Positions 45,184-56,450 are shown, numbered from the stretch's first letter. The stretch: DNA of 57,819 nt from Acetobacteraceae bacterium (GCA_025360065.1 JANYCX010000135.1:1-57819), one strand, 5' to 3'. Program-made: numbers and translations. The notes: generated from the letters alone by a model not told the origin.

Positions 45184-45552
45184 ATGATCTCCGTCGAATC
45201 TACCCTCGAAGTCGCCGACAATTCCGGCGCCAAGAAGGTTCTGTGCATTAAGGTGCTCGGTGGCTCAAAGCGTAAGACTGCCTCGGTGGGCGATGTCATT
45301 GTCGTCTCGATAAAGGACGCCATTCCGCGCGGCAAGGTTAAGAAGGGCGACGTTCACCAGGCGGTGATCGTGCGTACCTCTTTCCCGGTGCGTCGCGCCG
45401 ATGGCAGCGCTATTCGGTTCGACCGGAATGCAGCCGTATTGATCAACAAGTCGATGGAGCCGATCGGTACACGTATTTTTGGGCCGGTGGTCCGGGAGCT
45501 GCGCGCCAAGAAGTTCATGAAAATCATCTCGCTCGCGCCGGAGGTGCTGTAA
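45184..45552 (+). CDS. rplN: 50S ribosomal protein L14
   Basis: [17 protein letters not shown]. Confidence 0.98.
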   Translation: MISVESTLEVADNSGAKKVLCIKVLGGSKRKTASVGDVIVVSIKDAIPRGKVKKGDVHQAVIVRTSFPVRRADGSAIRFDRNAAVLINKSMEPIGTRIFGPVVRELRAKKFMKIISLAPEVL

Positions 45553-45872
45553 TGGCCGCGCGCATTCGTAAAGGTGATCAGGTTCTGGTCATCAGTGGCA
45601 CCAGCAAGGGCCGTCGCGGTGAAGTTCTTCGGGTGATCCCAAAGGATGAGCGCGCGGTCGTGCAAGGCGTCAATATGATGACCAAGCATACCAAGCCGAA
45701 AGGTATGGGGCAGCCAGGTGGCATTGTGCAGGTTGAAGCGCCGCTGCATTTGTCCAATCTCAAGCTCGTCGATCCGAAGACCGGAACGGCAAGCAAGGTC
45801 GGTTTCCGGGTTTTGGAAGACGGTCGCAAGGTCCGTGTCGCCAAGGCGACCGGCAACCTGATCGAAGGTTGA
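45552..45872 (+). CDS. rplX: 50S ribosomal protein L24
   Basis: [14 protein letters not shown]. Confidence 0.97.
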   Translation: MAARIRKGDQVLVISGTSKGRRGEVLRVIPKDERAVVQGVNMMTKHTKPKGMGQPGGIVQVEAPLHLSNLKLVDPKTGTASKVGFRVLEDGRKVRVAKATGNLIEG

Positions 45873-45882
45873 GGATATAGCG

Positions 45883-46617
45883 ATGAGCGATAAGAAGAAA
45901 TCCGGCGGCAAGGCCCCTGTAAAGGGCGGCGCCAAAGGCGGCAAAACTGCCGGCAAGGCCGGCGCGAAGGGCAATAGCGCCAAAGGCGGCGCTGGGAAAC
46001 CCGGTGATCTGCCGTCCCGCGGTCGGGGCGAAGTGAGCTTCATCGTGTCAGCCGAATCGGCCTCGGGCACTGGTGAAATGCCACGCATGCTGAAGCGCTA
46101 TCACGACAGCATTCGTGCGGCGATGCTGACCCAGTTCGGCTATACCAATCCGATGCAGGTGCCCCGCCTGGAAAAAATCGTATTGAATATGGGCGTTGGC
46201 GAAGCCTCCGGTGACCAGAAGAAGCTCGATGCGGCGGTGTCGGAAATGGCGCTGATCGCAGGACAGCGCCCTGTGAAGACAGTTGCCAAGAAGGCGATCG
46301 CTGGTTTTAAAATTCGCGAAGGTCTGCCGATTGGGTGCAAGGTTACGCTTCGCAAGACCCGGATGTATGAATTCCTTGACCGTCTGGTGACGATCGCCCT
46401 CCCCCGGGTGCGTGACTTCCGCGGTATCACTGGTAAGGGTTTTGACGGACGCGGTAACTTTGCCATGGGTCTTAAGGAGCAGATTGTGTTCCCGGAGATC
46501 ATCTACGACAAGGTCGAGCAGGTCCGGGGCATGGACGTGGTGTTTGTTACGACGGCAAAGACCGACGCTGAGGCAAAAGCTTTGCTGAAGCAGTTTGATA
46601 TCCCCTTCGCTGCTTGA
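45883..46617 (+). CDS. rplE: 50S ribosomal protein L5 with a 65-aa Lys/Gly/Ala-rich N-terminal extension (244 aa)
   Basis: The conserved L5 body begins near aa 66 ([43 protein letters not shown]). ATG 45883 has a GAGGA SD with a 7-nt spacer and lies 10 nt after rplX. The internal ATGs lack an SD. Confidence 0.85.
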   Translation: MSDKKKSGGKAPVKGGAKGGKTAGKAGAKGNSAKGGAGKPGDLPSRGRGEVSFIVSAESASGTGEMPRMLKRYHDSIRAAMLTQFGYTNPMQVPRLEKIVLNMGVGEASGDQKKLDAAVSEMALIAGQRPVKTVAKKAIAGFKIREGLPIGCKVTLRKTRMYEFLDRLVTIALPRVRDFRGITGKGFDGRGNFAMGLKEQIVFPEIIYDKVEQVRGMDVVFVTTAKTDAEAKALLKQFDIPFAA

Positions 46618-46704
46618 CAGCGTGCGGGCAGTAGCTGCTTTTTTTTGACACAAGGTTTGGAATACCCCCGGCGTGAGCCGGTTGGTTCCGGAGGGTAAGA
46701 CAGG

Positions 46705-47010
46705 ATGGCCAAGACCTCACAGGTCAACCGCAACGTGATGCGGACTCGGATGGCGGCGCGCGACAAGAAAAAGCGTGGCGTTCTGAAGGATATCGTGATG
46801 GATCGTACGCTGCCGGTTGAAGACCGGTTCGAAGCGACCATCAAGCTTGCGCAGTTGCCGCGTAATGGAGCCAAGGTGCGCGTTCGCCTGCGGTGTGAAC
46901 TCACCGGGCGTAGCCGTGGTAACTACCGTAAGTTCAAACTGTGCCGCATCGCGCTACGCGATTTGGCCAGCGCCGGCCAGATACCTGGCATGACCAAGGC
47001 CAGCTGGTAG
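46705..47010 (+). CDS. rpsN: 30S ribosomal protein S14 (long, 101 aa form)
   Basis: [10 protein letters not shown]...[28 protein letters not shown]. Confidence 0.97.
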   Translation: MAKTSQVNRNVMRTRMAARDKKKRGVLKDIVMDRTLPVEDRFEATIKLAQLPRNGAKVRVRLRCELTGRSRGNYRKFKLCRIALRDLASAGQIPGMTKASW

Positions 47011-47021
47011 GGATCCGCAGA

Positions 47022-47420
47022 ATGTCAATGTCAGATCCGCTGGGTGATATGCTCACCCGCATCCGCAACGCGCAGAACGCGCGCCACACGTCATGTGTTG
47101 CGCCTGCGTCCCATCTGCGCGCGAATGTTCTCGATGCGTTGAAGCGTGAAGGCTTCATTCGGGGGTTCGCTTCCGAGGAGCTTCGCCCGGGCGTGGCCCA
47201 GCTTCGCATCGAATTGAAATATAGCGAAGGCGAGCCGGTGATTAAGGAAATCACCCGCGTGTCCAAGCCCGGCCGTCGCGTCTATTCCAAAATTAAGGAA
47301 TTGCCGCGGGTTTATGCCGGCTTGGGGGTTTCGATCCTTTCGACCCCACGTGGGGTGCTGAGCGACGCCGAAGCGCGCGCTGCCAATGTTGGCGGCGAAG
47401 TGCTTTGCCGGGTCTTCTAA
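47022..47420 (+). CDS. rpsH: 30S ribosomal protein S8
   Basis: [15 protein letters not shown]. Confidence 0.97.
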   Translation: MSMSDPLGDMLTRIRNAQNARHTSCVAPASHLRANVLDALKREGFIRGFASEELRPGVAQLRIELKYSEGEPVIKEITRVSKPGRRVYSKIKELPRVYAGLGVSILSTPRGVLSDAEARAANVGGEVLCRVF

Positions 47421-47430
47421 GGGGGATGCT

Positions 47431-47964
47431 ATGTCACGCGTAGGCAAATATCCCGTTGAGGTTCCGGCTGGTGTGCAGGTCATGCTCGCCAACGGCGTCT
47501 TCACGGCGACAGGAAAACTGGGGCAATTGACCCTGGCAATCACTGACCGAGTTGATACCACGATTGATGGCAACAAGATTTCGGTGGCTCCCCGGGGCAA
47601 CTCGGCGCCTGCCAGGATGATGTGGGGCACAACGCGCGCGTTGATCGCCACCATGGTCAAGGGTGTGTCGGCAGGCTTCTCGAAGACCATGGAAATTACC
47701 GGCACTGGCTATCGTGCGGCGGTCAACGGTTCGAACCTGGTGATTAATCTTGGGTTTTCCCATGACGTCGTTTACGCGATTCCCGATGGGATCAAGGTAA
47801 CCTGCGAAAAACCGACCAGCATCAAAGTTGAAGGCGTGGATAAGCGCCTCGTCGGCCAGGTCTGCGCCGAAATCCGGGCCTGGCGTCCGCCGGAGCCTTA
47901 CAAGGGCAAAGGCGTTAAGTTCGAGGGCGAACAGATCCTCCGCAAGGAAGGCAAGAAGAAGTAA
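47431..47964 (+). CDS. rplF: 50S ribosomal protein L6
   Basis: [15 protein letters not shown] after an AGGGGGA SD. Confidence 0.97.
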   Translation: MSRVGKYPVEVPAGVQVMLANGVFTATGKLGQLTLAITDRVDTTIDGNKISVAPRGNSAPARMMWGTTRALIATMVKGVSAGFSKTMEITGTGYRAAVNGSNLVINLGFSHDVVYAIPDGIKVTCEKPTSIKVEGVDKRLVGQVCAEIRAWRPPEPYKGKGVKFEGEQILRKEGKKK

Positions 47965-48326
47965 TGAGCGACAACAAAAATCTGGCCCAGCGTCGGCGCG
48001 AGAGACTGCGCTTTCAGTTGCGGCGCAAGGCCGGCGGGCGCCCGCGTCTGTCGGTGTTCCGTTCGTCGCAGCACATCTATGCCCAGGTGATCGACGATGC
48101 CGGCGGCCGCACTTTGGCAGCCGCCTCCAGCCTGGATCGCGATCTGCGGGCTGCGTTGAAGACCGGCGCCGACAAGGACGCAGCTGCGGCCGTCGGGAAG
48201 CTGGTTGCTGAGCGCGCTATCGCCGCCGGCGTCACCACGGTTGTTTTCGACCGCGGCGCCTATCTGTATCACGGTCGCGTCAAGGCGCTGGCCGAGGCCG
48301 CCCGAGAGGGCGGTCTGGCCTTCTAG
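47964..48326 (+). CDS. rplR: 50S ribosomal protein L18
   Basis: [18 protein letters not shown]...[24 protein letters not shown]. Confidence 0.97.
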   Translation: MSDNKNLAQRRRERLRFQLRRKAGGRPRLSVFRSSQHIYAQVIDDAGGRTLAAASSLDRDLRAALKTGADKDAAAAVGKLVAERAIAAGVTTVVFDRGAYLYHGRVKALAEAAREGGLAF

Positions 48327-48337
48327 GGAACACAGGA

Positions 48338-48961
48338 ATGGCACGGGAACCTCGGGAAGGCGGCGGCCAAGGCCGCAGCGGGCGCGATCGGGATCGCAAC
48401 AGCAATAGCAACCAGTCGCATGACGGTGGCGACGATTTGATCGACAAACTGGTCACCATCAACCGCGTGGCCAAGGTGGTGAAGGGTGGACGTCGTTTCG
48501 CCTTTGCCGCGTTGGTTGTGGTTGGTGATCAGAAAGGCCGTGTTGGCTACGGCGCCGGCAAGGCACGTGAAGTGCCGGAAGCAATCCGAAAGGCGACCGA
48601 ACGTGCCAAACGTGGCATGATCCGGGTTCCGATGAAGGAAGGCCGCACGCTCCATCACGACACAGAAGGCCATTATGGCGCCGGGCATGTTGTGCTCCGG
48701 AGCGCGTCTGCCGGAACTGGCATTATTGCTGGCGGTCCCATGCGTGCTGTGTTTGAAAGCCTTGGCATTGGCGACGTGGTCGCCAAGAGCCTGGGTAGCC
48801 GCAACCCGCACAACATGGTCAAGGCAACATTCGCGGCGCTGACGCGGTGTGCCAGCCCACGTTCGGTTGCTAACCGTCGTGGCAAGAAAGTCGCTGACCT
48901 CATCGGTCGTCGCGATACAATTGCTCCGACCGAAGTCGCACAGGAGGCTGCTGATGTCTGA
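48338..48961 (+). CDS. rpsE: 30S ribosomal protein S5 (with an Arg/Gly/Asp/Asn-rich N-terminal extension)
   Basis: [27 protein letters not shown]. Confidence 0.97.
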   Translation: MAREPREGGGQGRSGRDRDRNSNSNQSHDGGDDLIDKLVTINRVAKVVKGGRRFAFAALVVVGDQKGRVGYGAGKAREVPEAIRKATERAKRGMIRVPMKEGRTLHHDTEGHYGAGHVVLRSASAGTGIIAGGPMRAVFESLGIGDVVAKSLGSRNPHNMVKATFAALTRCASPRSVANRRGKKVADLIGRRDTIAPTEVAQEAADV

Positions 48962-49148
48962 TCTGCAGAAGAAAGTGCGCGTGTTGCAAACCGGTTCTGG
49001 TAACGGCCAGAAGCCCGGTCAGCAGGCGACCTTGGTCGGGCTTGGTCTGAATAAGATCGGTAAGGTGCGTGACCTGGAAGACACCCCCTCGGTGCGCGGA
49101 ATGATCCGCAAGGTTGCGCATCTCGTGAAGGTTGAAGAACTGTCCTGA
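48954..49148 (+). CDS. rpmD: 50S ribosomal protein L30
   Basis: [25 protein letters not shown]. Overlaps the rpsE end by 8 nt. Confidence 0.95.
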   Translation: MSDLQKKVRVLQTGSGNGQKPGQQATLVGLGLNKIGKVRDLEDTPSVRGMIRKVAHLVKVEELS

Positions 49149-49179
49149 GCTTGATGCCCAAGGACGGAAAGGAATGGCG

Positions 49180-49665
49180 ATGAAGCTCAACGAACTGCGC
49201 GACAATCCTGGCGCGCACCTGAAATCGAAGCGGCTCGGCCGTGGTATTGGCTCGGGCAAGGGCAAGACTTCCGGCAAAGGCCATAAGGGTCAAAGCGCCC
49301 GTGAGGGTGTGGCTCTGAATGGCTTCGAAGGCGGGCAGCTGCCGATTTACCGCAGGCTTCCGAAGCGCGGCTTCGTTAACCCGACGCGAAAAGAGTTTGC
49401 GCCGATTAATATCGGCAGCATTGCGAAAGCGGTTGCGGCGGGCAAACTCGATGCGAGCCAGCCAATTACCGAAGCAGTTCTGGCGTCCGCCGGCATGGTC
49501 CGCGACCATGGCGTGAACGGCGTCCGTTTGCTGGCCACTGGTGAAATCGGGATTGCGGTTAACGTGGTGGTGTCCGGTGCCTCGGCGAGTGCGGTTGCGG
49601 CCGTTGTCGCCGCGGGCGGGACTGTCACCACGACGGCCAAGCCAAAGGTCGCGTCTGAGGCCTAA
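49180..49665 (+). CDS. rplO: 50S ribosomal protein L15
   Basis: [12 protein letters not shown]...[19 protein letters not shown]. Confidence 0.97.
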   Translation: MKLNELRDNPGAHLKSKRLGRGIGSGKGKTSGKGHKGQSAREGVALNGFEGGQLPIYRRLPKRGFVNPTRKEFAPINIGSIAKAVAAGKLDASQPITEAVLASAGMVRDHGVNGVRLLATGEIGIAVNVVVSGASASAVAAVVAAGGTVTTTAKPKVASEA

Positions 49666-49780
49666 GGCTTTCGCCCGTTGGTGTGGCTTGCTATGATACG
49701 TTTGACGGCGCGCCGAGAGGCCCAAACCGGACCTGCCGGGGCGGGACCATGGCGCGCCGTTGGCATGAAGGGACCTTTCG

Positions 49781-51127
49781 ATGGCTTCGGCAGCTGAGCA
49801 GCTTGCGGCGAACCTGAACCTCGGCACCTTGTCGAAGGCAACCGAACTCAAGAACCGCATCTGGTTCACGTTGGGGGCCTTGCTGGTTTATCGGGTTGGA
49901 TCTTATATTCCGGTTCCAGGTGTTGATGCAGCCGTGATGGGCGAGATGCTGGCGCAGCATGGCGGTGGCATTCTTGGCATGTTCGACATGTTCAGCGGCG
50001 GATCGCTGGGCCGAATGACGGTGTTTGCGCTCGCAATCATGCCGTATATTTCGGCCAGTATCATTATCCAGCTGATGACAACGGCAGTGCCGCAGCTCGA
50101 AGCCCTCAAGAAAGAGGGGGAAAGTGGGCGCAAGCGGTTGAACCAATATACCCGCTATCTCACGGTGATTATCGCGATGGTGCAATCTTACGGGATTGCC
50201 GTCGGGCTTGAAGGTATGCGGGGTGCGTTTGGCGCGGCGGTCATTGATCCCGGCATGTTCTTCCGGGTGTCGTGTGTGGTGACTCTGGTCGGCGGCACGA
50301 TGTTTTTGATGTGGCTTGGCGAGCAGATTACTGCCCGCGGCATCGGTAACGGCATTAGCTTGATTATCTTCGCCGGAATTGTCGCCAACGTCCCTCAAGC
50401 TTTGGCAAGCCTGCTGGAGCTTGGCCGGACCGGCGCACTCAGTCCCTTTTTCATTGCCGCGTTTCTGCTTATCGCGGTGGCGGTGGTGGCATTCATTGTG
50501 TTCATGGAACGCGCCCAGCGCCGAATTGTGATCCAATATCCGAAACGCCAGGTTGGCCAGCGCATGTTTGGCGGCGACTCGACGCATATGCCGCTGAAGA
50601 TCAACACTTCCGGCGTTATTCCGCCGATCTTTGCGAGTTCAATCCTCCTGATTCCCGCCACGATTTCGGGCTTTGCCGGCGCCAATGGTGAGCCGACCTG
50701 GCTCGGGGCAATCGGAATTGCGCTGGGGCATGGCGAGCCGCTTTACATGCTGACTTATGCGCTGATGATCATATTTTTCAGCTACTTTTATACGGCGGTG
50801 GTGTTCAATCCCGACGAAACGGCTGATAATCTGAAGAAATATGGTGGCTTTGTTCCGGGCATCCGTCCCGGTGGCGCGACGTCGGCCCATTTTGACACGA
50901 TCCTCACGCGATTGACCACGATTGGTGGGCTTTATTTGTGCCTTGTTTGCCTCCTGCCGGAGATTTTGATCAGTCGCTATGGCGTGCCGTTCTACTTCGG
51001 GGGCACGAGTCTGATGATTATCGTATCGGTGACAATGGATACGGTTACCCAGATTCAGTCGCATCTGATCGCCCATCAATATGAGGGATTGATTAAGAAA
51101 GCGCGGGTGAAAGGGCGCGGACGGTGA
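49781..51127 (+). CDS. secY: Preprotein translocase subunit SecY
   Basis: 448 aa, 10-TM protein. [30 protein letters not shown]. Confidence 0.98.
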   Translation: MASAAEQLAANLNLGTLSKATELKNRIWFTLGALLVYRVGSYIPVPGVDAAVMGEMLAQHGGGILGMFDMFSGGSLGRMTVFALAIMPYISASIIIQLMTTAVPQLEALKKEGESGRKRLNQYTRYLTVIIAMVQSYGIAVGLEGMRGAFGAAVIDPGMFFRVSCVVTLVGGTMFLMWLGEQITARGIGNGISLIIFAGIVANVPQALASLLELGRTGALSPFFIAAFLLIAVAVVAFIVFMERAQRRIVIQYPKRQVGQRMFGGDSTHMPLKINTSGVIPPIFASSILLIPATISGFAGANGEPTWLGAIGIALGHGEPLYMLTYALMIIFFSYFYTAVVFNPDETADNLKKYGGFVPGIRPGGATSAHFDTILTRLTTIGGLYLCLVCLLPEILISRYGVPFYFGGTSLMIIVSVTMDTVTQIQSHLIAHQYEGLIKKARVKGRGR

Positions 51128-51780
51128 ATATTATCCTGCTTGGTCCTCCCGGTGCGGGCAAGGGCACCCAGGCGAAGCGGCTGCAAGATCGCTATGGTAT
51201 GATACAGATATCCACGGGCGATATGCTAAGGGCGGAAGTGGCCGCGGGGAGTGAGGTTGGCCTCCAAGCGAAGGCGGTGATGGCGGCCGGTGCGCTGGTT
51301 TCCGATGATATCCTCATTCGTATGCTGGCTGGACGCATCATTCGACCGGATTGTGCGCCGGGGTTTATACTCGATGGGTTTCCGCGGACGGTTCCACAGG
51401 CCCAGGCGCTCGACACCATGCTCGCGGGTCTTGGTAGAAAATTGGACATCGTCATTGAGCTCATTGTCGATGATGCTGCGCTGACTGACCGTATCGCCGG
51501 GCGGTATACGTGCGGGGTTTGTGGCGAAGGTTATCACGACGAATTTCAAAAGCCTGCGAAGCCAGGTGTTTGCGATCGGTGTGGTAGCACGCAATTTGTG
51601 CGACGGGCGGATGATAATCGTGAAACCGTTGGTGCGCGGCTTGCGGCCTACCACGCGCAGACTGCACCTATTTTGCCGCATTACCGTGCAAGCGGGAAAC
51701 TGCATCAGGTCGATGGCATGGCGGACATCGATATGGTGACCACTGCGTTGATCGCGGTGCTCGATGGGGTGCAGGATTGA
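51124..51780 (+). CDS. adk: Adenylate kinase (with a Cys4 lid)
   Basis: GTG start overlapping the secY stop. P-loop [10 protein letters not shown]. Lid CGVCG...CDRCG. Confidence 0.97.
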   Translation: MNIILLGPPGAGKGTQAKRLQDRYGMIQISTGDMLRAEVAAGSEVGLQAKAVMAAGALVSDDILIRMLAGRIIRPDCAPGFILDGFPRTVPQAQALDTMLAGLGRKLDIVIELIVDDAALTDRIAGRYTCGVCGEGYHDEFQKPAKPGVCDRCGSTQFVRRADDNRETVGARLAAYHAQTAPILPHYRASGKLHQVDGMADIDMVTTALIAVLDGVQD

Positions 51781-51821
51781 TATTTTTGCATGGGTGCTGA
51801 GGAAAAATTGATCGCTGCAAG

Positions 51822-51849
51822 TTGACTCTCGGGATGCGGTCGCTATAGT
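51822..51849 (+). promoter_or_regulatory. Candidate sigma-70 promoter of the alpha operon (rpsM-rpsK-rpoA-rplQ)
   Basis: TTGACT (51822-51827), 16-nt spacer, TATAGT (51844-51849), about 140 nt upstream of rpsM. Confidence 0.45.
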
Positions 51850-51990
51850 CCGCGCCCCAGGGCGGAACCTGCAAATGCGGGCGCCGTTCGTCTATTTTCT
51901 ACCTGCTCGGTGCTAACCGAAGGGCAGGCTAAGCCCGTTCCGCGCGTCCCGGCAAGTCCGGTTCGCTGGGACAATTAGGAGTGAGACAGC

Positions 51991-52368
51991 GTGGCGCGTA
52001 TTGCCGGTGTGAATATCCCGACTAACAAGCGGGTCAAGATTAGCCTTCGCTACATTTTCGGCATCGGCCCGACCAAGGCTGACGCTATTTGCAGCAAGCT
52101 TGGCATCCCCGAGGATCGTCGGGTTAACCAGCTTTCTGATGACGAAGTGCTGCGTATCCGCGAGCTCGTCGATCGCGAGTATCGCGTCGAAGGTGATCTT
52201 CGCCGTGAAACCGCGATGAACATCAAGCGTTTGATGGATCTGGGCTGCTATCGCGGTCTGCGCCATCGTCGCGGGTTGCCAGTCCGTGGTCAGCGGACCC
52301 ACACCAATGCGCGTACCCGTAAGGGCAAAGCAGTGGCGATCGCCGGCAAGAAGAAAGTTACCAAGTAG
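51991..52368 (+). CDS. rpsM: 30S ribosomal protein S13
   Basis: (GTG) [14 protein letters not shown]. Confidence 0.97.
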   Translation: MARIAGVNIPTNKRVKISLRYIFGIGPTKADAICSKLGIPEDRRVNQLSDDEVLRIRELVDREYRVEGDLRRETAMNIKRLMDLGCYRGLRHRRGLPVRGQRTHTNARTRKGKAVAIAGKKKVTK

Positions 52369-52475
52369 GCGTTTTCAAACGCTTGTTGCGCGCCCTTTCG
52401 TTTGGGCGACGATCACCTTGCCACTGCGCCCCGACAGGGCAGCAGTTGGCGTAAATTTGGATAGGACGACACTTG

Positions 52476-52871
52476 ATGGCGAAGCCAGCCGGCGCCGCGC
52501 GCCCCCGTCGCAAAGAGCGCAAAAACATTACCTCGGGCGTTGCCCACGTGGCCGCGACCTTCAATAACACCATGATCACGATCACCGACGCCCAGGGCAA
52601 CACGATTGCCTGGTCGTCGGCCGGCAGGTCGGGTTTCAAAGGGAGCCGTAAATCGACCCCCTATGCCGCCCAGGTTGCCGCCGAGGATGCCGGCAAGAAG
52701 GCCCGTGAGCATGGCATGGAAACCCTCGAGATTGAGGTTTCTGGCCCTGGATCAGGTCGGGAGAGCGCGCTGCGTGCCCTCCAGGCTGTGGGATTTTCGA
52801 TTACTGCTATCCGCGACATGACCCCGATCCCGCATAACGGTTGCCGCCCGCGCAAACGTCGTCGGGTGTGA
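52476..52871 (+). CDS. rpsK: 30S ribosomal protein S11
   Basis: [20 protein letters not shown]....[13 protein letters not shown]. Confidence 0.97.
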   Translation: MAKPAGAARPRRKERKNITSGVAHVAATFNNTMITITDAQGNTIAWSSAGRSGFKGSRKSTPYAAQVAAEDAGKKAREHGMETLEIEVSGPGSGRESALRALQAVGFSITAIRDMTPIPHNGCRPRKRRRV

Positions 52872-52973
52872 TCGGCGCGCGCCCGCCGGGCGCGCACATG
52901 ACACCGGGGCGGACTAGCTGCCTCCCCACACCACGCCTAGGCAAACGGCAACGCGCCGTGAGGTGACATTTAC

Positions 52974-54005
52974 ATGAGACTTAGCGCTGTTCTGCAAAGA
53001 AATTGGCAATCCCTGATCAAGCCGGAAAAGCTCCTCGTCGAGCCCGGTTCCGATCCATCCCGTGTTGGCACGGTGGTCGCTGAGCCGCTTGAGCGCGGAT
53101 TTGGCATTACCCTCGGCAACGCCATTCGTCGTATTTTGCTCTCGTCGCTTCAAGGTGCCGCGGTCACGGCTGTGCAGATCGACGGCGTGCTGCATGAATT
53201 CAGCTCGATTGCCGGTGTCCGCGAGGACGTGACCGACATTGTGCTCAACATCAAGCAGCTTGCGCTGCGCATGCATGGCGAGGGCCCCAAGCGGATGGTC
53301 CTGAATGCGGTGGGCCCCGGCGAAGTGCGCGCAGGGCAGATCACCACCGGGCATGACATCGAAGTAATGAACCCGGATCTGGTGATTTGTACCCTTGATG
53401 ACGGCGCGAAGCTTGGGATGGAGTTCACGGTGCAGCTCGGTCGCGGCTATCAGCCCGCGAGTGCCAACCGTCCGGAAGACGCGCCGATTGGGTTGATCCC
53501 GATTGACTCGATCTATTCGCCGGTGCGGCGCGTGTCGTATCGTGTGGAGCCGACCCGTCTTGGCCAGATCACCGACTATGACAAGTTGGTGCTCAACCTG
53601 GAGACCAATGGCGCGGTTGCCCCGGAAGACGCCGTGGCGCTTGCCTCGCGCATTCTCCAGGACCAGTTGCAACTGTTCATCAACTTTGATGAGCCGCACG
53701 CCGCGACAACCGCCGAACCTGAAGATGACCTGCCGTTTAATCGCAATCTGCTGCGTAAGGTCGAGGAGCTTGAGCTTTCGGTCCGCAGCGCGAATTGTTT
53801 GAAGAACGACAATATCATTTACATCGGCGATCTGGTGCAGAAATCCGAACAGGAAATGCTGCGCACGCCGAATTTCGGTCGCAAATCGCTGAACGAGATC
53901 AAGGAAGTGTTGGCCTCGATGGCGCTTTCGCTCGGCATGGCAGTCACCGGATGGCCGCCTGAAAACATCGAAGATCTCGCCAAACGTCTCGAAGAGCCGT
54001 TCTGA
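52974..54005 (+). CDS. rpoA: DNA-directed RNA polymerase subunit alpha
   Basis: [18 protein letters not shown]-terminal domain [13 protein letters not shown]. Confidence 0.98.
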   Translation: MRLSAVLQRNWQSLIKPEKLLVEPGSDPSRVGTVVAEPLERGFGITLGNAIRRILLSSLQGAAVTAVQIDGVLHEFSSIAGVREDVTDIVLNIKQLALRMHGEGPKRMVLNAVGPGEVRAGQITTGHDIEVMNPDLVICTLDDGAKLGMEFTVQLGRGYQPASANRPEDAPIGLIPIDSIYSPVRRVSYRVEPTRLGQITDYDKLVLNLETNGAVAPEDAVALASRILQDQLQLFINFDEPHAATTAEPEDDLPFNRNLLRKVEELELSVRSANCLKNDNIIYIGDLVQKSEQEMLRTPNFGRKSLNEIKEVLASMALSLGMAVTGWPPENIEDLAKRLEEPF

Positions 54006-54049
54006 ATTTTGACATGACTGCACGCAGACAGCGTGTGAGGAGTTAGACC

Positions 54050-54472
54050 ATGCGTCACGGCGTTTCCGGGCGGAAGCTCGGCGTTACCACCAGCCATCGC
54101 TTTGCGATGTTTCGCAATCTTGCGCATGCGCTGATCAAGCATGAGCAGATCACCACGACTTTGCCGAAAGCCAAGGAGCTCCGGCCGGTGGCTGAGAAGC
54201 TTATTACGCTCGGCAAGCGCGGCGGGTTGCATGCGCGCCGCCAGGCTTATGCCCAGCTGCGCGACGACGTGATTGTTTCGAAGTTGTTCAGTGTGATTGC
54301 TGAGCGCTACAAGGATCGCCAAGGGGGCTATACCCGTGTCCTGAAGGCCGGCATGCGCTATGGCGATGCAGCCGATATGGCGGTGATCGAACTGGTGGAT
54401 CGTGATGTCGCCGCCAAGGGCCTGGACAGCGGTCCGCGGCCGGAAGTCATGGCTGAGGACGACGCTGAATAG
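54050..54472 (+). CDS. rplQ: 50S ribosomal protein L17
   Basis: [17 protein letters not shown]. Confidence 0.98.
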   Translation: MRHGVSGRKLGVTTSHRFAMFRNLAHALIKHEQITTTLPKAKELRPVAEKLITLGKRGGLHARRQAYAQLRDDVIVSKLFSVIAERYKDRQGGYTRVLKAGMRYGDAADMAVIELVDRDVAAKGLDSGPRPEVMAEDDAE

Positions 54473-54499
54473 GCTTTCGCAGCGGCTTTAAGAACTGCC

Positions 54500-54531
54500 G
54501 CCCGGCACGCAAGTGCCGGGCGTTTGCGTTT
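54500..54531. terminator. Rho-independent terminator shared by convergent rplQ and the downstream minus-strand gene
   Basis: gcccggcac (54500-54508) / loop gcaa / gtgccgggc (54513-54521), followed by gtttgcgttt. Confidence 0.8.
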
Positions 54532-54898
54532 AGTGGCGCTCGGTTTCCGGAAGCATGCTGTCATCCAACGGCAGCACCGCCCCCATCCAGAGTGCGTTGT
54601 GCAGGTGATCGTCCTTTGGACGACCCGTCTCAGGGTGCAGCAGCACCGTCAACCCCATGCGGTTTATCGCCAGGAATGGTGCGAGGGTTGGAAACAGGTC
54701 GGTTGGAAACGCGATTTGGTACATCGAAATTGGGTGCGGACCGACGGCCGCATCATGCCAGCGCCCGAGCAACGCCGCAGGGAAGCGGGCACCCACCCAT
54801 TCGCGCAGCCGAAGCGCGGTCGGTTTTGTGGCGGGTGTGTAATAGACATGGGCATGCCAAGCATGGATTAGCGTTGTTTCGCTTGCGATAGCCCGCAT
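54530..54898 (-). CDS. DOPA 4,5-dioxygenase-family protein (122 aa)
   Basis: WHAHVYY...VGPHPISMYQIAF...LAINRMGLTVLLHPETG...DH...ALWMG resembles the small DOPA-dioxygenase family (recalled, not searched). ATG 54898 has an AGGAG SD with a 6-nt spacer. The longest ORF (55021) overlaps the upstream gene. Confidence 0.65.
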   Translation of the reverse strand: MRAIASETTLIHAWHAHVYYTPATKPTALRLREWVGARFPAALLGRWHDAAVGPHPISMYQIAFPTDLFPTLAPFLAINRMGLTVLLHPETGRPKDDHLHNALWMGAVLPLDDSMLPETERH

Positions 54899-54959
54899 GT
54901 GGAACTCCTGGGTTGGTCCGGTCATTTGGGACATAATACGCAGCGTCGCAAGCTGGTGC

Positions 54960-56450
54960 CTATTCCGCCAAACGCCAATTCGCACCTGCCGGGTCGCCGA
55001 TCGGACCCATGGCAGTGTCAAAGCGCATGGTTAACCGAATTGGCAGGCGATAAGGGGGCCAAGGCAGTCCGGGCGCGTCGGGATCGTCGGTGTGGGCAAA
55101 TTCGCCCAAGGCGGCCCGCAGCGCACTGCCGATGCTGCTGAATTCGGTGGGAACGACGTTATCAAGGACGCGGGTTTCGGCCCACGCCGACGCAGTTCCG
55201 AACAGGCACGCCAGATCAATCCCCTGGCATGCCCGCAAGTGACTGCCGCGCGGCGACCAGTCGAACTGGTAGACCCAGGCCTGACCGCCTGCATTGGTGA
55301 TGGCTTCGGCTAACGCCAGGGCCGGAAACAGGAACAGATGGTCGGTCATCAGATCGCCCAGCAAATCGCAGTCTTCGCCGCCGGCCCTTCGGTGGCGGTA
55401 GAGCGTGATGGTATCGGCCGATCCGGTTATCTCGCTGAAGCGGTTCCCGATTGCCAGCGGGCTTGGCGGCATCAATGTGCTGTCGGCCGCAAGAATGCCA
55501 TGCATTTCCTCCCGCGTGGTGCCGATGATGACGCGGATGCCACGGGCAGCGGCAGCTTGGGCGGCAGCATGGGTAAACAGGGTTGCATCTGTGTGGCCGT
55601 GAAGCGCGTCGAACACTGGCATGAAGGGCATGGCAATGTCGGCAAAGCGGCGCAGATCGCGGCCTAGCTTTGCCTGGGCCGCGATGATCTGCGGCGTGGA
55701 CAAGTTGGCCAGCCTGATCGCGTCAACGCCTGCCGCCGCGCAAAACTGGCTGGCAATCCGGCTTGCGATGTCGCGGGATTGAGGGGGGATGCCGATTGGA
55801 CAGCTTGCCAAAAAGGCGCGCTGGAACAGGCCCTGGCTATCCCACATTGTGAGGAGGCACAGAATTGCATGTGCGCCCGCCTCATGTCCGACAAGCGTAA
55901 TATTTGCCGCATCACCGCCGAATTCCGCGACATGGCTCCGGAGCCAGCGAAGGGCTGCGATGATGTCGAGCAGCCCCATGTTGCCGTCTGCCACACCGGG
56001 CAAGTAGAGGAATCCCAGCGCGCCCAACCGATAGTTCAGGCGTACCACGACGACGTCGCACTCGGAGCATAAGAGTGCCGGATCGTAGAGCGTGCAGGAG
56101 CCTGCGCCGGTATCATATCCGCCGCCATGGATGAAAACCACGACCGGGCGGGGTAAAAACTCGGGAGCTACGGATTTCAGGTCGGACGGCGAGGGTATGG
56201 CAGGGGTCGCGATCGACAGCGTCAGGCAGGTTTCCTCCTGGGCTGCGCTTGCCATGTGGTGGGTGGCGAGATGCCGGGCCGGAGGTTGGGGCGCGATTGG
56301 GCCCTCGCGGCGGGCGTCGCGCCCACCGGGCCAGGCTGTAATGGGGATTGGCGGGCGAAAACGGTCAGCGGTCGCATACGGGATGCCATGAAATTGGGTG
56401 ACGCCAGTGGTGCCACGTAGCGTGCCCAAGCTGGTACGGATAATTGTCAC
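54960..56450 (-). CDS. Type-B carboxylesterase/lipase-family protein with a non-canonical nucleophile position (Ser replaced by Glu)
   Basis: GIPYA, VFIHGGGY oxyanion region and NYRLGALGF are typical of type-B carboxylesterases. Signature FGGDAANITLVGHEAGA reads G-H-E-A-G where G-E-S-A-G is expected. Confidence 0.8.
   Translation of the reverse strand: MTIIRTSLGTLRGTTGVTQFHGIPYATADRFRPPIPITAWPGGRDARREGPIAPQPPARHLATHHMASAAQEETCLTLSIATPAIPSPSDLKSVAPEFLPRPVVVFIHGGGYDTGAGSCTLYDPALLCSECDVVVVRLNYRLGALGFLYLPGVADGNMGLLDIIAALRWLRSHVAEFGGDAANITLVGHEAGAHAILCLLTMWDSQGLFQRAFLASCPIGIPPQSRDIASRIASQFCAAAGVDAIRLANLSTPQIIAAQAKLGRDLRRFADIAMPFMPVFDALHGHTDATLFTHAAAQAAAARGIRVIIGTTREEMHGILAADSTLMPPSPLAIGNRFSEITGSADTITLYRHRRAGGEDCDLLGDLMTDHLFLFPALALAEAITNAGGQAWVYQFDWSPRGSHLRACQGIDLACLFGTASAWAETRVLDNVVPTEFSSIGSALRAALGEFAHTDDPDAPGLPWPPYRLPIRLTMRFDTAMGPIGDPAGANWRLAE

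Noticed and set aside
51500-51600. Cys4 (CGVCG...CDRCG) lid in adenylate kinase as an oddity
   Set aside because: Zinc-binding lids are a known adenylate kinase variant in many bacteria. It is noted in the feature evidence only.
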